Of a stretch of 64,000 nt of DNA, positions 1 to 13,945 are shown one piece after another. The DNA is from Chrysomallon squamiferum (Eukaryota; Animalia; Mollusca): assembly GCA_012295275.1 (NCBI GenBank), contig CM022675.1:7254001-7318000 (forward strand). The letters are read 5' to 3'. Both the position numbers and the translations under genes were made by a program. The notes beneath the pieces are model-generated. The model searched no databases and was not told the origin of the DNA. It saw only the letters and a list, made by a program, of their open reading frames with translations. Position 1 is the first letter of the stretch; the number at the start of each line of letters is the position of its first letter.

Positions 1-503
1 TTTTATTCTTCCTTTATTTCCTTCTTTCTATTCTGTCCTTTCCATCCTTCTTTGTTTTATTTTTTATGTCTCATTTTTCCTTTTTTATTCTTTCCTTCTT
101 TCCATCTTTACCATTATATTCTTTTTCTTTCTATTTTATTCTTCCTTGTCTCTTCCTTCATTTTTTTATTCCTTTCTTCCTAATTCCTAACATCTGGAAG
201 TTTGATTATTTTTGTAATCTCTGTTTTATGGTGATTTTTTTTTAATTCAAATTACTTTCAAAATAAAACTGAATTCTTCTTTTGAAAAGACTATAAATAT
301 TTTATTTTCTGTTTATAATTCAAATTCTTTATTTAAAATCACCAAGATAAATTCAATATTGTCTTCACAATATGCACGAAAAAGTCGCAATGAAAATTCA
401 ATAAATATTTTAAAATCTTATAACAAGAAAAGAAATGACTGCTTCCATACATAAATCATTCATGCAAAGGAGATGAGTGAAGGGTTTATTATTATTATTA
501 TTA

Positions 504-535
<32 letters not shown>

Positions 536-992
536 TTTTTTTTATTATTATTTAAATTTATTTTTTCAAAAAATTCAGAATCTAAATTTTAAGACAATAA
601 AAGTATCTCTCTTTCTCTTGAACGAGTGTTAAAAATGAATATTTTGATATATATTTTTAAAATTATTTTACATTTGTCAAAATATCCGTTTAACATCTTT
701 TTATGTATAATTTTACTTTAATAAATAATAGGGTTGTAGATATAATAGCAATTATAAAAACAGTAGCAACGGTGCTTGCAGTTGTGGTAGCAGTAGCAAT
801 AGTATGAGCAGTAGTAGTGGTAGTAATGATAGTCAATGTTGTAGTGGTAGTAGCAGTCTTAAAAAAAAATGAATACACATACAGATATAAGCCATAAACA
901 TACAGATATACTTATAAACACATGTACATACAGACACATACATACACAAAAAAACATACACATATATATATAGATTAAAATTACTGTAGAAT

Positions 993-1120
<128 letters not shown>

Positions 1121-1447
1121 GTATAATTCAAAAGTTCAAAAACTACATTTTCTTCTAAAGCACCACGCAGTCACTGTTTTCACTAACTTAAAGTGTCTTT
1201 TGTTGAAAGTGGTCACACAGAAAGTGCTTTTCCTTCTGGTTAAAAACCAAAGATACCAGGTGAGCAGTAAATAATAATTACCTCCCCTGAGACCACATGC
1301 AGACTCCCCCTTATCTTAATCACCTCCACCAGAGACCCCCAAGGTATCCTGCTGATGATCCCCCACCCCCACAGCCCTTCCCCTGGACCTCTCAAATCTT
1401 TCCTACAAAGTTGTTTGATATTCCAGTTTGATTTCATTTCCACAGTG

Positions 1448-1478
<31 letters not shown>

Positions 1479-1720
1479 CTCTCTCTCTTGCTTTCTATCT
1501 TTGTTTGTTCCTATCAAAGTGACAGTTATTGCTGCATTTTACAACCCTTCGCTGCCCTTTGACCTCCTCTGACCCTCCTCCCCTGGGGTTCGTCTGAATC
1601 CAGCTGTACCATTGCACCTGTTTTGTATTAAGTGTAATGAACAGAAATTAGCTGTGGAGATAAATATCCCATCTTTATTAACTTTACAAACGCTGTCACT
1701 GGTTCCAGTTTTTTTTCGTT

Positions 1721-1756
<36 letters not shown>

Positions 1757-1964
1757 CTTTTATTTTTTTTATATGATGGTGGAAGTAGTGAAGCCTTTTT
1801 TACTTGCTTATATAAAAAAGAATTAAATGAAATTTAAAATTCATGCTTAATAACAGCTTTCAAAAATGCCACTGTGTGTGGGAAGGCTGATATTAAAGAT
1901 TACTTACTGCTAACTGATAACAGGAGTTAATGGACTGTTTAGCATCTGATTTCCTTTCTGGAAA

Positions 1965-1995
<31 letters not shown>

Positions 1996-4139
1996 GTTAT
2001 TATTATTATTATTATTATGACTTTTATTATTATTATATTGACTATTATTGTTATTACTATTACTATTATTATTATAATTATTGATACTGTTGTTGTTGTT
2101 GTTTTTTATTACTATTATTATTATTATTACTGCTACTACTATTACTTTTTATCATCATCATTATCATCATCATCATCATCACCTCATCATTTGGAATAAC
2201 CATCATTACTGAGACAAAACAACATTATATATAAAAATATATAAATATGTCACACTTGTAACCCTCCCATCAAAACCAACCCCCCCTCAAAACTTTGATA
2301 ATTTTATTACCTCACAAACAGAAGATTTTCACATGCACACAAACTTCCCTAACGATAAATAATCCTTCATTTTTATCTCAAAACAGAACTGTTTTCCCTT
2401 CAGCTGTAAAAATTTACATGAATTTTTTATTTTTTATTTTTTTTTTTTTATTATTTCCCTAGCTAATCAATTTTATCCAGAAAAAACCCACTAAAAAGTC
2501 AGCTTTGGATAATTTTCAACCTTTGATTTGCTTGCTGTTGTGAAGGCATAATCGATGACGTTGTTGGCAAGGTTGTGTATGTTTTTGGTACACACAGACA
2601 GACAGCTGGTCATTGTGACATGCTCTCTCTGTTGTTTGTTCAGGATTAGCCAATCAGAAATGATTTTGTTTAAATGTTTTTTTTTGTATGAGAGAGCGAG
2701 CAATTTTAAAATGATTTTAATTTTTTTATTTTTTTATTTTTTTTTTTAAAGCATGCTGAAGTTAAAGTGAATTTATGTTGTTTAACAAAATTGTTTTTGT
2801 GATTTGTTTTTTTCAGTTCATTTGTCTAATGCGTCATCAATTCATCTAACCTTTTTTTTTTCTTCTCCTGTCTATTTATTATTATTCATTTATCTGTTCA
2901 TCTGTTGTCTGTCTGCCCATCCAGCCATTAAATTGTATGTATCAGTTTTGTGTTTACATTATATCATGAAAAAAAGATCAATAAATTGTATAAATAAATA
3001 AATAAAATAAAAATAAATAAATAAAATAATAAATAAATAAATAAAATAAGTAAAAAAAAAAATACGTAAGTAAATAAATGAACAAATAAATAAATAAATA
3101 AATAAATAAATAAATGAATGAATGAATGAATGAATGGATGGATGAATTATAATGATGTTAATGAAGATGACTGTAAAGATGATATGGTGTTGATGATGAT
3201 GATGATGATGATGATGATAAAAATAAAAAATATAAAAATTTCTGACCAAAATTTATCAAACCTCATTATAATAATATGATTATGCATTTCAAAATTTTAT
3301 TAACAGTAAAAACAATTTTAGTACCATTAATATCAAAACATTTTGTGGTTTCAACAACATTTTTACTTATTTAATTTAATTTAATTTTATTTATTTATTT
3401 ATTTATTTATTTTTTTATTTTTTATTTTTTTTATTATTATTTTTTTTTGTTTGTTTGTTTGTTTATTTATTTATTTATATTATTAATATTATTTATTTAT
3501 TTAATATTATTTATTTACTTATTAAATTAATTATTTATTCACCTATTCATTCATTCATTCATTCATTCTATTAAACAATTCGACACATTCTGATATTAAC
3601 TCTAAAAACAAAAATCAAAAACAAAAAAAACTCTGAAATGAGACCCAAAAACTCTACACAAAACTTCTAGCAAAAACGTAAACCCCCTCCCACACACACA
3701 CAATCCACCAACATCCTCTGACAATTAAACCATTTCCACTTGTAACTCGACTCTTCATGTTAAACATTTTACAACTGCCTCAAGTTCTGACCAAACACTG
3801 ATGGCTGAGATAAAAATGTCACTTTTATAATTTGCCCCATCCTGTTGTGTATGCCATGGCCAGTGGATATTTCAAATAGCTGGTTACCAGTGTGAAATAT
3901 AGACTCGTATTTCACCTCTTGAAGACAAGTGGTTACTATTACTACTACAAACAAAAAAAAAATAAAAAAATAAAAAATGATTTGAAAACAGGCTGGGGGG
4001 TGGTGTGTGAGTGGGTGTGGGGGGTAAAGAACAAAGGGAAAGAGAAAGTTGTTAGGAATTAGAAAGGATAAATGTTTTTTTTAGAGTTTTGTGGATTTGT
4101 GAATGTTTAATGTGTGAGTCACATTTATAAAATGGACAT

Positions 4140-4427
4140 AAATACACACACACACACACACACCTACTTATCTACCTATCTACTATATGTATATATGTAC
4201 ATATTTATGTTTGTGTTGTATGTTTGTGTGTATGTATGTATGTCTGTACATGTGTGCATATGTCTGTGTGTATATATGTATGTATATACTTATGTTTGTG
4301 TGTGTGTGTGTATATATGTATAGATATATATACACATGCACACACACATATAGACATATGCACACATATACAGACATACATACATAGATGGACATATGCA
4401 AACACACACAACACACACACAAACACA

Positions 4428-4459
<32 letters not shown>

Positions 4460-4530
4460 CATAAGGACACACACATAAACTACAGACATACATACACACA
4501 CTCACTCAAAAATACACACACACAGATACA
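4140..4530. repeat. (TG/TATG)-rich tract followed by (CA/CATA)-rich tract
   Basis: Directly visible; source of six spurious ORFs. Confidence 0.9.
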
Positions 4531-5186
4531 CATGTATAACTGTATATTTTAAATACTAACAATAGATGATACACTAATGTATGCTTAATAACACACACAC
4601 AGACATCATATAGATAACATATCTGCCGTACTGTATAGATACATATCTAATAACTATCATATTGAATGACAGACATAGTTTTTACTATAGTTTGAAATAT
4701 CTCATTAACCAAATTCAAAACACAGATGTCTAGATAATGTCTTTATTGTCTGTATTGTACAGGCATTTACATAGTTACTGTGTTATTTAATTAACAACTT
4801 TTTTTGAAGTATTTTAAACAGGTCATAATGTTTTCAGTACATATAGAGATAATAATTATTCTGTTTTGTGTATGTGTGTGCATGTGTGTGTGTGTAAGTG
4901 GATGGATGTATGTATGTATGTATGTATGTATGTATGTATTTATGTATGTATGTATGTATGTAGGTATGTATGGTAATATTTATCATACTGGATGTCCATT
5001 GACTTTGAAAATATTATAAAAATAATTCCCTAACAGTTTTTTAAATATATATCTAGACAATAATTGTTCTCTTATGTGTATATGTGTATATTTATATAAA
5101 TATATATATATATATATACATAAAGTTAAGGAAAACAAATGAAGTTCAAATCCATATTTATTAATAACCATTATTAAATTTCTTTT

Positions 5187-5257
<71 letters not shown>

Positions 5258-5639
5258 ATGTAAGCTACTGATAAATCAATTATCAGCTGGAGAAATGATT
5301 ACACAAAGTGAAGAACAACACATCAAGCTAAAGCCAATTATTGTCGTTTAACGCAATTTATCTCGAATGAATGAACACGTAAATGTCGTAAATATCAGAT
5401 TCAGAGGAAAACAGTTTTTGTCACGTCTCTCGCCTATTAACTGCCAGTGCTAGACTGGTCACCTGCTGACTGTTCCCCAGTCATCTGAGAAATGTTAGAC
5501 TGATACCCGAGTCGTGTTAGGCCAGAATTAAAAATTTCGAAAATTTCCCGTTCTAGATAGTATTCTAAACTGTTATTGTTCCATTTAATTACTGTTAATT
5601 CATTATTCTATTAATGTTCTATTTTCATTTTACAAACAT

Positions 5640-5668
5640 TATGATTATCATCATCATTGTTATTATCT

Positions 5669-5717
<49 letters not shown>

Positions 5718-6090
5718 CATCATCATCATTACTATTATAATTTCTATTATTATTATTACTGTTATTATCATTATTATCATGATCCTCACCTTATTATTTT
5801 AAGTAGTAGGATTACTACTATTAATACTATTACTATTATTATTATTGTTAATATTAGTGTTATTATTATTATTATTATTGTTGTTGTTATTATTGTTGTT
5901 ATTATTATCATCATCTATATTTTTACTATTGTTATTATTATTATTATTATTTATTATTATTATTTTTATTATTATTATTGTTGTTGTTATTATTGTTGTT
6001 ATTATTATCATCATCTATATTTTTATTATTGTTATTATTATTATTATTATTATTATTTATTATTATTATTTTATTTTTTTTTTTATTTAT
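5640..6090. repeat. (ATT/GTT/ATC)n trinucleotide field with an internal ~100-bp duplication
   Basis: TTATTATCATCATCTATATTTTT occurs twice (~5902 and ~6002). Confidence 0.9.
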
Positions 6091-6823
6091 TTTTTTTTCA
6101 CTATCTTTCACCTTTCACCTCATGTTGCCAAACAAGCCATGTCACAAACTAAAGTCAACAATTTTTATAGAAAGTAGCATTTACATTTTAATGGCTTCCA
6201 TTACTTCCTGTGTGCCTCTTGAACTTGGGTCATTAGCTATACCAATTAAACTGAACTGAATTCAAATAACTTGAAAAAAAAAACCTTAATAAAACCTCTT
6301 CATAATAACTGTAGGCTTTTTGGCTTTTAAAACTCTTGCTCTTAAAGGTCCCAGAAGATATTTAAGTTGAGTGAGTTTACTGCTGTACTCATAAATTGAG
6401 AATATTTATATATAAAAATAAAAAATAGCACAGACTTAAGTTTTGGATTGATTATTTGTAATCCCAGAATCCTTATGGACAGACAGACACATGGATTATT
6501 TATAACAAAAGAATAAAAAAAGAAATAAAAATTTACTATGTTTTAAATATATTTATAAGGAGAACAAAATTCAGTGAAAACTTGAGAAGTATGCAAATTA
6601 AACTGCAAAAAGTTTAAAAGAGTAATAAATAAAAAAATAAAAAAATAAAATAAAATAAAATAAATTAAAATAAATAAAATTAAATTAAATTAAATTATTT
6701 AACTATCTAACTAAATAAATAAACAATCAAATGAACATTGTCAAAAAAAAAAAAAAAAAAAAAAATAAAATACTTAAATGAATTAATTAATAAATAATAA
6801 AAATAATGAAATTAATAATAATA

Positions 6824-6887
<64 letters not shown>

Positions 6888-8207
6888 GATAAAATAAAAT
6901 ACTTTCTAAACAAATTATTTTGTTTATCAATAATCATCATTAACTGAAATCTTGCATGACACAGTTTTCAAAACATGTGAATTTAAAACTGTTCAGGAAT
7001 TTTATAACATATATGATTAAAAAAAACAATAATAAAAAAGTATCTAAAACACATTTTGTCAGACAAAAATGGCAGTTAATGTATTTTACATTTTTTATTT
7101 GACAATTTTTTCATATTCTGCTGAATCATAATTTTATGGGCATCAGGAAAAAAAAAACATTTTAAATATACATGAGTTACATTTCATTTTGTACAGTAGT
7201 AAAGTAGGTCTGGTATTAATATATTCTGTCAGTTTGTCTGTCTGTCTGCCTGTCTGTCTGTCTGTCTGACCGACTGTCTGTCTGTCTGTTTGTCTGTCTG
7301 TGTGCCCGACTGTCTGTCTGTCTGTCTGTCACTCTTTATTATACAATATTATTTTGTTTTTCATTATTCATTTATATTCTTAGGTTGCTTTTCCCTTTTT
7401 TCTTTCTTTCTTTCATCTTTGTGTCATTCTTTCTTTCTTTCCTGTATCCTTTTCTTTTCTTCTTATTGTCTTCTCATTATCTTCTTCAGATCTTTCTTCA
7501 TTCCTTATTTCTTCCTTCCTTTCTTTCATTCCTTCTTTTTCATTCAATCTTTCTTCTTTTCTTCAATACTTTTCTTTCTTTTTCATTCCTTCTTTCTTCC
7601 TTCTTCATTACTTTTCTTTCTTTCCTGTATTTTTCATTTCTTCCTTTCCTTTTTCTACCTGTTCGTTTCATCATTAATTTCTTTATTCTTTCCTTCTTTC
7701 TTTCTTTCTTTCCTCCTCCTTCTTCATTCTTTCTTTCTTTCATTCTTCTTTTTTTTTTGCTTTCTACATCTCTGTTGTTTTTCTGGATTATATATAAATG
7801 TCAACATCTTAGATACCAAGGAGCCATATATTCACGAAAATATCTTTGCCTACTTCTATATTATCACTGTTTTATCACCACAGTCAAATTTTAAATAGTT
7901 TTTAAAAAAAAAAAAAAAAACATTATTTACATGTAATTATGTCTTAATTTTTTTTAAATGTTGTCAGCAGAAAGGGTCAAAGTTCATAACATTAATGGTT
8001 ATTAAATGTGATTTACTATTTTTCAGTTTAAACGTTTTTTTTTTTTCGTTTTTTTCTTTCTAAACTTTGAATCTTCCATTTATCTTGATTTTAAGGTTTG
8101 ATTTAAGTGTGTAGGTTTTTAAAAGTATTTTTTTTTTTTTTTTAAGTTTTTATAATTTTTAACACCAGCATAGCTGTTTCAGATTTGTGTTGTTAGTGTG
8201 CATGTAC

Positions 8208-8244
<37 letters not shown>

Positions 8245-8827
8245 GTAATATATTATCAAGGGGAAAAAATTATATAACAACAACAGCAATAAATAATAAT
8301 AGTTGTAGTAGTAGTAATAACAACAATAACAACAACAATAATGATAGTAATGATGATGATCATGATGATAATAACAAAAACAACAAAATCAATAATAATA
8401 ATAATGATAGCAACAAGAACAGCAACAACAACAACTACAACAACAACAAAATAAAAATAATATCAATAAAGCAACAACAAACAAAACATTAAAAACAAAT
8501 TTTACAAAATTAATGCATTACTTCCTACATCGTTCAATGACATTTTAAATTAAAATCATCGATTGTGTTTAAACAAAGAAAATTTTTAAAAAATTAGATG
8601 TGATTGAGACAGGAAAACTAAAACAGACAGATAGACAGACAGACAGACAGACACACAATAGTTTTATTAATTTACATTTCATTTATACCAGACACAGAAA
8701 ACACTTTTCCTAGCAGACGTCAAAACATTACAGTTGTACTATTACCACTGTTAGAATCCATACCTAATTCTGGAATTACCTCATTCTCTGCTGACCTGTC
8801 ACCTCCCTTGTTGATATATATATATAT

Positions 8828-8933
8828 ATGCATAATGCAGGAATTACCTCATTCCTCAGTGAACTCCGTCATTTAATGTCTATATTTGACCTAGTTTTAA
8901 TTGAACGCGACTGGGATGAGCCAAGCTTTACAG
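8828..8933 (+). CDS. Candidate upstream/first coding exon of the TANC/rols-like gene (MHNAGITSFLSELRHLMSIFDLVLIERDWDEPSFT-D)
   Basis: Frame open from 8795 to a strong donor CAG|GTGAGC (GT at 8934), with ATGs at 8828 and 8876. It ends in phase 1, matching the phase-1 acceptor of the RING exon at 15071 (G+AC=Asp). It sits in a complex-sequence island. I recognise no homology. Confidence 0.38.
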
Positions 8934-9804
8934 GTGAGCAAGAAATGTGAGGTTGGTTTCGTAAATTATCTGTGAAATAATCCAGTTTTAAGAATATATA
9001 GATATATTTTTTTAAGAGTTTCTGTGTTATATACGTAACTGTTTTTTTTTATTATATTATGTATTTAAAATGTTCAGTGTTTGTTTGTTTTTTTGTTTGT
9101 TTTTTTAATGGTTCATGTTTGATAGTTTTTAAAAACAGTTTGTTTTTCAGTGATTTAAACTTTCAGATATTGTAAAAGTACATGGAGGTGGGTTTTTTTT
9201 TTTTTTTTTTTTTTTTAAATGAACTGAGATAATTTGATTTATATATGTAATGAATTATAAAGATTAAGTGATGGATTAACTGGATCTGAAAAGCTCGGGT
9301 GAGGTTAAGCCTACATAAATTTGACGACATGGATTAAGAATGGATTTGAAATATAATAGCAACATATTTCACTTGGTTTTCTTGTGGATTTACCATGGAT
9401 TGGATTACAGAATCAAGTGAAGTCAAAAGAGGGATTTGTATCTTTTTTTCTCTGGATTTAAGTGTGAAAAGGATTATAGAATAAATGGATTTTTTTTTTT
9501 TTGCCTGTGGATTTAAAAATGGATTGGTTTACAAAACAATGCTGTGAGATTAAATTCTTTTTCACTATGGATTTGAAATAAAATGGATTTTCAGTCTGAA
9601 ATGGATTTGATGGCTTATGTGGATTTATAAATGGATTCATTGACAAAACTGTGTTGTGTTATTAAATGATATTTGTTCCAGTGGATTTTTTAAAATATAA
9701 AATAGATTTTAAATTTTCTGATTTTATAATTTTTTTTCACCTTGCTTTTTTATATTTGAAGGTAACAAAAAAAAAAAAAAAAAAAAATTGATTTCATAGA
9801 CTGA

Positions 9805-9924
9805 TTTATTATTTATTTATTTATTTAATTATTTATTTGTTCATTTTTTTATTTATTTATTTATTTACTTTTTTATTTATTTATTTATTTATTTATTTAT
9901 TTGTTCATTTATTTATTTATTTGT

Positions 9925-9955
<31 letters not shown>

Positions 9956-9959
9956 TTTT

Positions 9960-10034
<75 letters not shown>

Positions 10035-10037
10035 TTT
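9805..10037. repeat. (TTTA)n tetranucleotide microsatellite
   Basis: Directly visible. Confidence 0.95.
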
Positions 10038-10456
10038 TGTTGATATAAAATGGACTGACTTCCAAAAATACATGGTATATATAAATAGCTTCTTATCTAC
10101 TGTTTAAAAACTACAGCATTACAAAAACATAATGGGATGTTATGCAACTTCCACTCCTTGCCAATTTTAACAGTAAACAGATTACAAAATTATATGGAAT
10201 AATAATAATATACTGACTTTATTTTCATGTGATTTTGTATGTGGAATAGATTTTAAAACTGTTTTTTTATTATTTAGGAAGAGAATGGTGTTTTTGGGGT
10301 TTTTTTGATAATTATATTTTTTTCTGGTCTCAAAGTTCAGTGTATTGTTGTTATGAATACTGGATGCAACTTGAAAAATGTGAAATGATGAATTTCTGAA
10401 TTAATCCTAAATTTCTTCTTATTTAATATGTACTGCATCTGGAAGTAGTGTGTACG

Positions 10457-10532
<76 letters not shown>

Positions 10533-10621
10533 TTTTGTTTGTGTTTTAATTGTGTAATAGTAACAATAATGGAATGCATATCATCTTTATGTTTTAAGTG
10601 TATAATACTACTACTAATAAT

Positions 10622-10660
<39 letters not shown>

Positions 10661-11520
10661 TTTCATAACAAACATACTTCATTCTTAAACTACATCATCT
10701 TTTTTAACCCTAACAAACCCAACAACCCCACCTCTCAAAAAAAAAAAAAAAAAATTAACCAATGTTACAAATTTAACAAATTTATCACAAATTGACCTTA
10801 TCAATTCAGAGATAAAAACATCTCAAATTTTTATTTACAAATACTTGAATTAGGTTTTTTTTTTTTTTTTTTTTTCTGAGATCTCAAACATGGCTGATAA
10901 GAGCCTCAGATTTAAGTTAATAGATTTCTGGACCTCATTATATCACTCTGAAATAATTTCCAAGCAAATCTGAGCTTAACTGTATTGATTGTCCTTAGCC
11001 TTGTTCCTCTGTTAGTTAAGACAGTGCAATACGAAGATTTATTTAATACCTCAGTTAATATTTGGGTCATCTGGACTTTTAATGGTTGTGGAAATGTTTT
11101 ATAAGAAATAATATTCATTTTATTCGAATAAAATTTAATGGATGCTTTATTTTTGACTGAATAAGAAAATACTGTGCCCTGAATGAATGAATAAGTGATT
11201 TGTTTTAGTGTGTCAGGGAATATTGAGGTCATAAGAGTAACTGACTTTTTTTTTTTAAATTTTGGAACGGGAAAAAGTATTTTAGAGCTGTAGCTGGATA
11301 TTCAAGAAATTTGAAAATGATTATATTTCAGTTGTGGAATATGGACAAAGATTGAGATGGGGTCAAATTGTTTGTGAATCAGTAACTGATTTAATATGAA
11401 AGTTAATGTTTGTGTTATTTTCATAACAATGTGACCTGTTTGAACATTGATATGTCGATTATGCAAGGACTTCCACTGCATAAATAAATAAGTATGTAAT
11501 ATATAATTTAATATGCACGC

Positions 11521-11563
<43 letters not shown>

Positions 11564-11938
11564 CACTTACCAACATATGCACATACATAATATTTTTGCA
11601 CACACACACATATATATATACCCAGCTAAATACCCATACCCACCCATGCACACCCACACACATACTTACATACATACATACATACTTATGCATATATATA
11701 TATATATATATATATATAGGGCTATATACACACCCATGTGCACACACATGCACACACCCACCTACAACACACAAACACAAATACATTTATTTGAATACGT
11801 ATGTAGATATATTTTAATATAATTACATCAGCATAATACTCTATTCATGTTAATAATAATAATAATAATAATAAAAATAATACATTCTATCTCTGTGTTA
11901 CAAAAATCTCTGTATTCTACTCCATGTCTGTCTCTCTC

Positions 11939-11972
<34 letters not shown>

Positions 11973-12334
11973 AACACTTCGACTGCCTGGATGTGAGATA
12001 ACAAACTCGTACAAACCACCCATGTAATAACAGCTTGTATGTATTGAGAGACACTGTCAGTGTGCTCCTGTACCTGAGCAACCTGCTTTCTCCACAGGTG
12101 TGAATTACCTTACACAATTTTCTAACAGAGAAGTGATTTCAAAAAAAACAGGTTAAAAGATACGAAAGGTACGATGTTGTTCTTTGTTACTGTTGTATAA
12201 TGCGACGTGCTTTCGTTTTCGTAACGTTTGGTTTTAGTTTGTAAAGGGTTAAAAAAAAAAGCTTTTGTTGAAATATTGATAGAAAGTTTTTTCGTTGTTG
12301 TTGATTTTCTTAATTTAGTTTTCATGGATGAGTT

Positions 12335-12795
12335 ATTTTATTGTTAATAAAGAGTGGTATATACTATAGAGGAAGGTTTTATAATTATTACTTTATTATT
12401 AATAAAGAATGATATGTTGAAGTATTGTTAATGAAGAGTGGTATATACTATAGAGGAAGGTTTTTGTAATTATTACTTTGTTATTAATAAAGAACGGTGT
12501 GTAGAGTAAGGTTTAGTTATTATTACTTTATTATTAATAAAGAATGATGTATAGAAAAGTTTTTAGTAATTATTAAATTATTATTAATGAAGAATGTTAT
12601 GTACAAATTTTTTTTTTAAATTATTACTTTATTATTAATAAAGAATGGTATACAGAAAGATTTTTAAATTACTACTTTATTATTAATAAAGAATGATATA
12701 CAGAAAGGTTTTTGTAATTACAGAAATATAGTAAGAATTGTTTTTACTTAATTTTCATGGGCTTGGTATCTTAACATACTTTATTGTTAATAAAG
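12335..12795. repeat. ~50-60-bp degenerate tandem repeat with palindromic core CTTTATT-ATT-AATAAAG
   Basis: About 8 copies of TTACTTTATTATTAATAAAGAATG-like cores. Confidence 0.85.
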
Positions 12796-12872
12796 GATGG
12801 GTGTATGTGCATGTGTACATATATACATATATAATAGGTGCACCTCAATAGGTACACTTCAGTAATCAACAT

Positions 12873-12906
<34 letters not shown>

Positions 12907-13557
12907 TATTTTTGAAAAGGTTCATTTAACTGTAATAAATTTTGAAAACTGTTATATGATACCCCTGTACCACATATGTTGATTTAAATAATTGATTGTG
13001 AAATATCAATTTTTAATTTCACAGCATACTTATTTAATTTCTGAAAGTCAAGAAATCTATTTCAACTAAATTTTATTCTAATATTCTAATATTTTATTCT
13101 AATAGTCTGAATTCACAACTGAAGGGAAAATTTTGAATATATCTGAAAAAGGTTTGCAACAGAAAATTTACTAACTTTCTGTTTTTTTTAAGCTTTAAAT
13201 CAGGAGGGTTGGAGATAAGTCTCCTTGATTTTTCAGGTGAATTTTTAAGAATACGGAGGTCAAAAATACTGTGTGCATTTTTAATCATTGTTTATTATTA
13301 TTAATAGGTATTCAGGTTATTATGAATACCTGGAATCTTTTCACAGGATGTTGTGACATCTGAAATAAATAAACAAACCTCAAATAAATGCACATGTGTT
13401 ATGGTGTCCATAGGTGATTCCATGCCTTGAAAAAGAAAAAATGAACTCTAAATGGAAAAAAAAAAACCTTTGATGCCTATGTTGGGAGCAGTGTCTAGAA
13501 TGGACGAAAAATTCAGCTCTAAGTCTAAAGACTTATTGCAGTGTTTAGCTGTAACGT

Positions 13558-13945
13558 TTTTTGATATTTTTGAGACTGGTTACAGGCCTGCAGTATATTT
13601 TAGACCATTTTAATTGTTCTTTAGACTTCTATATTTTTTTTTTATATTTTTCACAGATTCATCAAGTTTTGATATTTTTTCAGATAGTTGCAGATTTTTA
13701 TTTCTTAGGCTATTACAAACTATTAAAATCTTTGATATTTTTCAGACAGTTATATATCTGATATATTACATTTCTTCCAGACTATTGCTGATCTTTGATA
13801 TTTTTCAAACAATTACAGATATTTTATATTTTTCAGAGTTGCTGATGTTTGATATTTTTAAAACTAATACACATCTTTGATTTTTTTCAGACTTTTACAG
13901 ATCTTTGATATTTTTCAGACTTTTACAAATCCTTGATATTTTTCA
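13558..13945 (+). repeat. Degenerate ~29-bp repeat (..GATCTTTGATATTTTTCAGAC..), distal part of the same array
   Basis: Recurrent TTTGATATTTTTCAGA cores at ~13560, 13668, 13731, 13794, 13876, 13904 and 13932. Confidence 0.8.

Noticed and set aside
1930-2199. Poly-I/L/Y/N ORFs resembling membrane peptides (also 5614-6259, 20095-20376, 22946-23221, 52853-53234)
   Set aside because: (ATT)n-type trinucleotide repeats with no coding signature.
4114-4505. CVCV/THTH ORFs (also 10337-10688, 11302-11822, 21305-22295, 26118-27074, 31473-32225)
   Set aside because: Translations of (TG)n/(CA)n/(TACA)n microsatellites.
12085-12103. Recursive splice (ratchet) site CTTTCTCCACAG|GTGTGA
   Set aside because: The acceptor side is good but the regenerated donor is weak, and CAGGTG is equally explained as an E-box; no further support.
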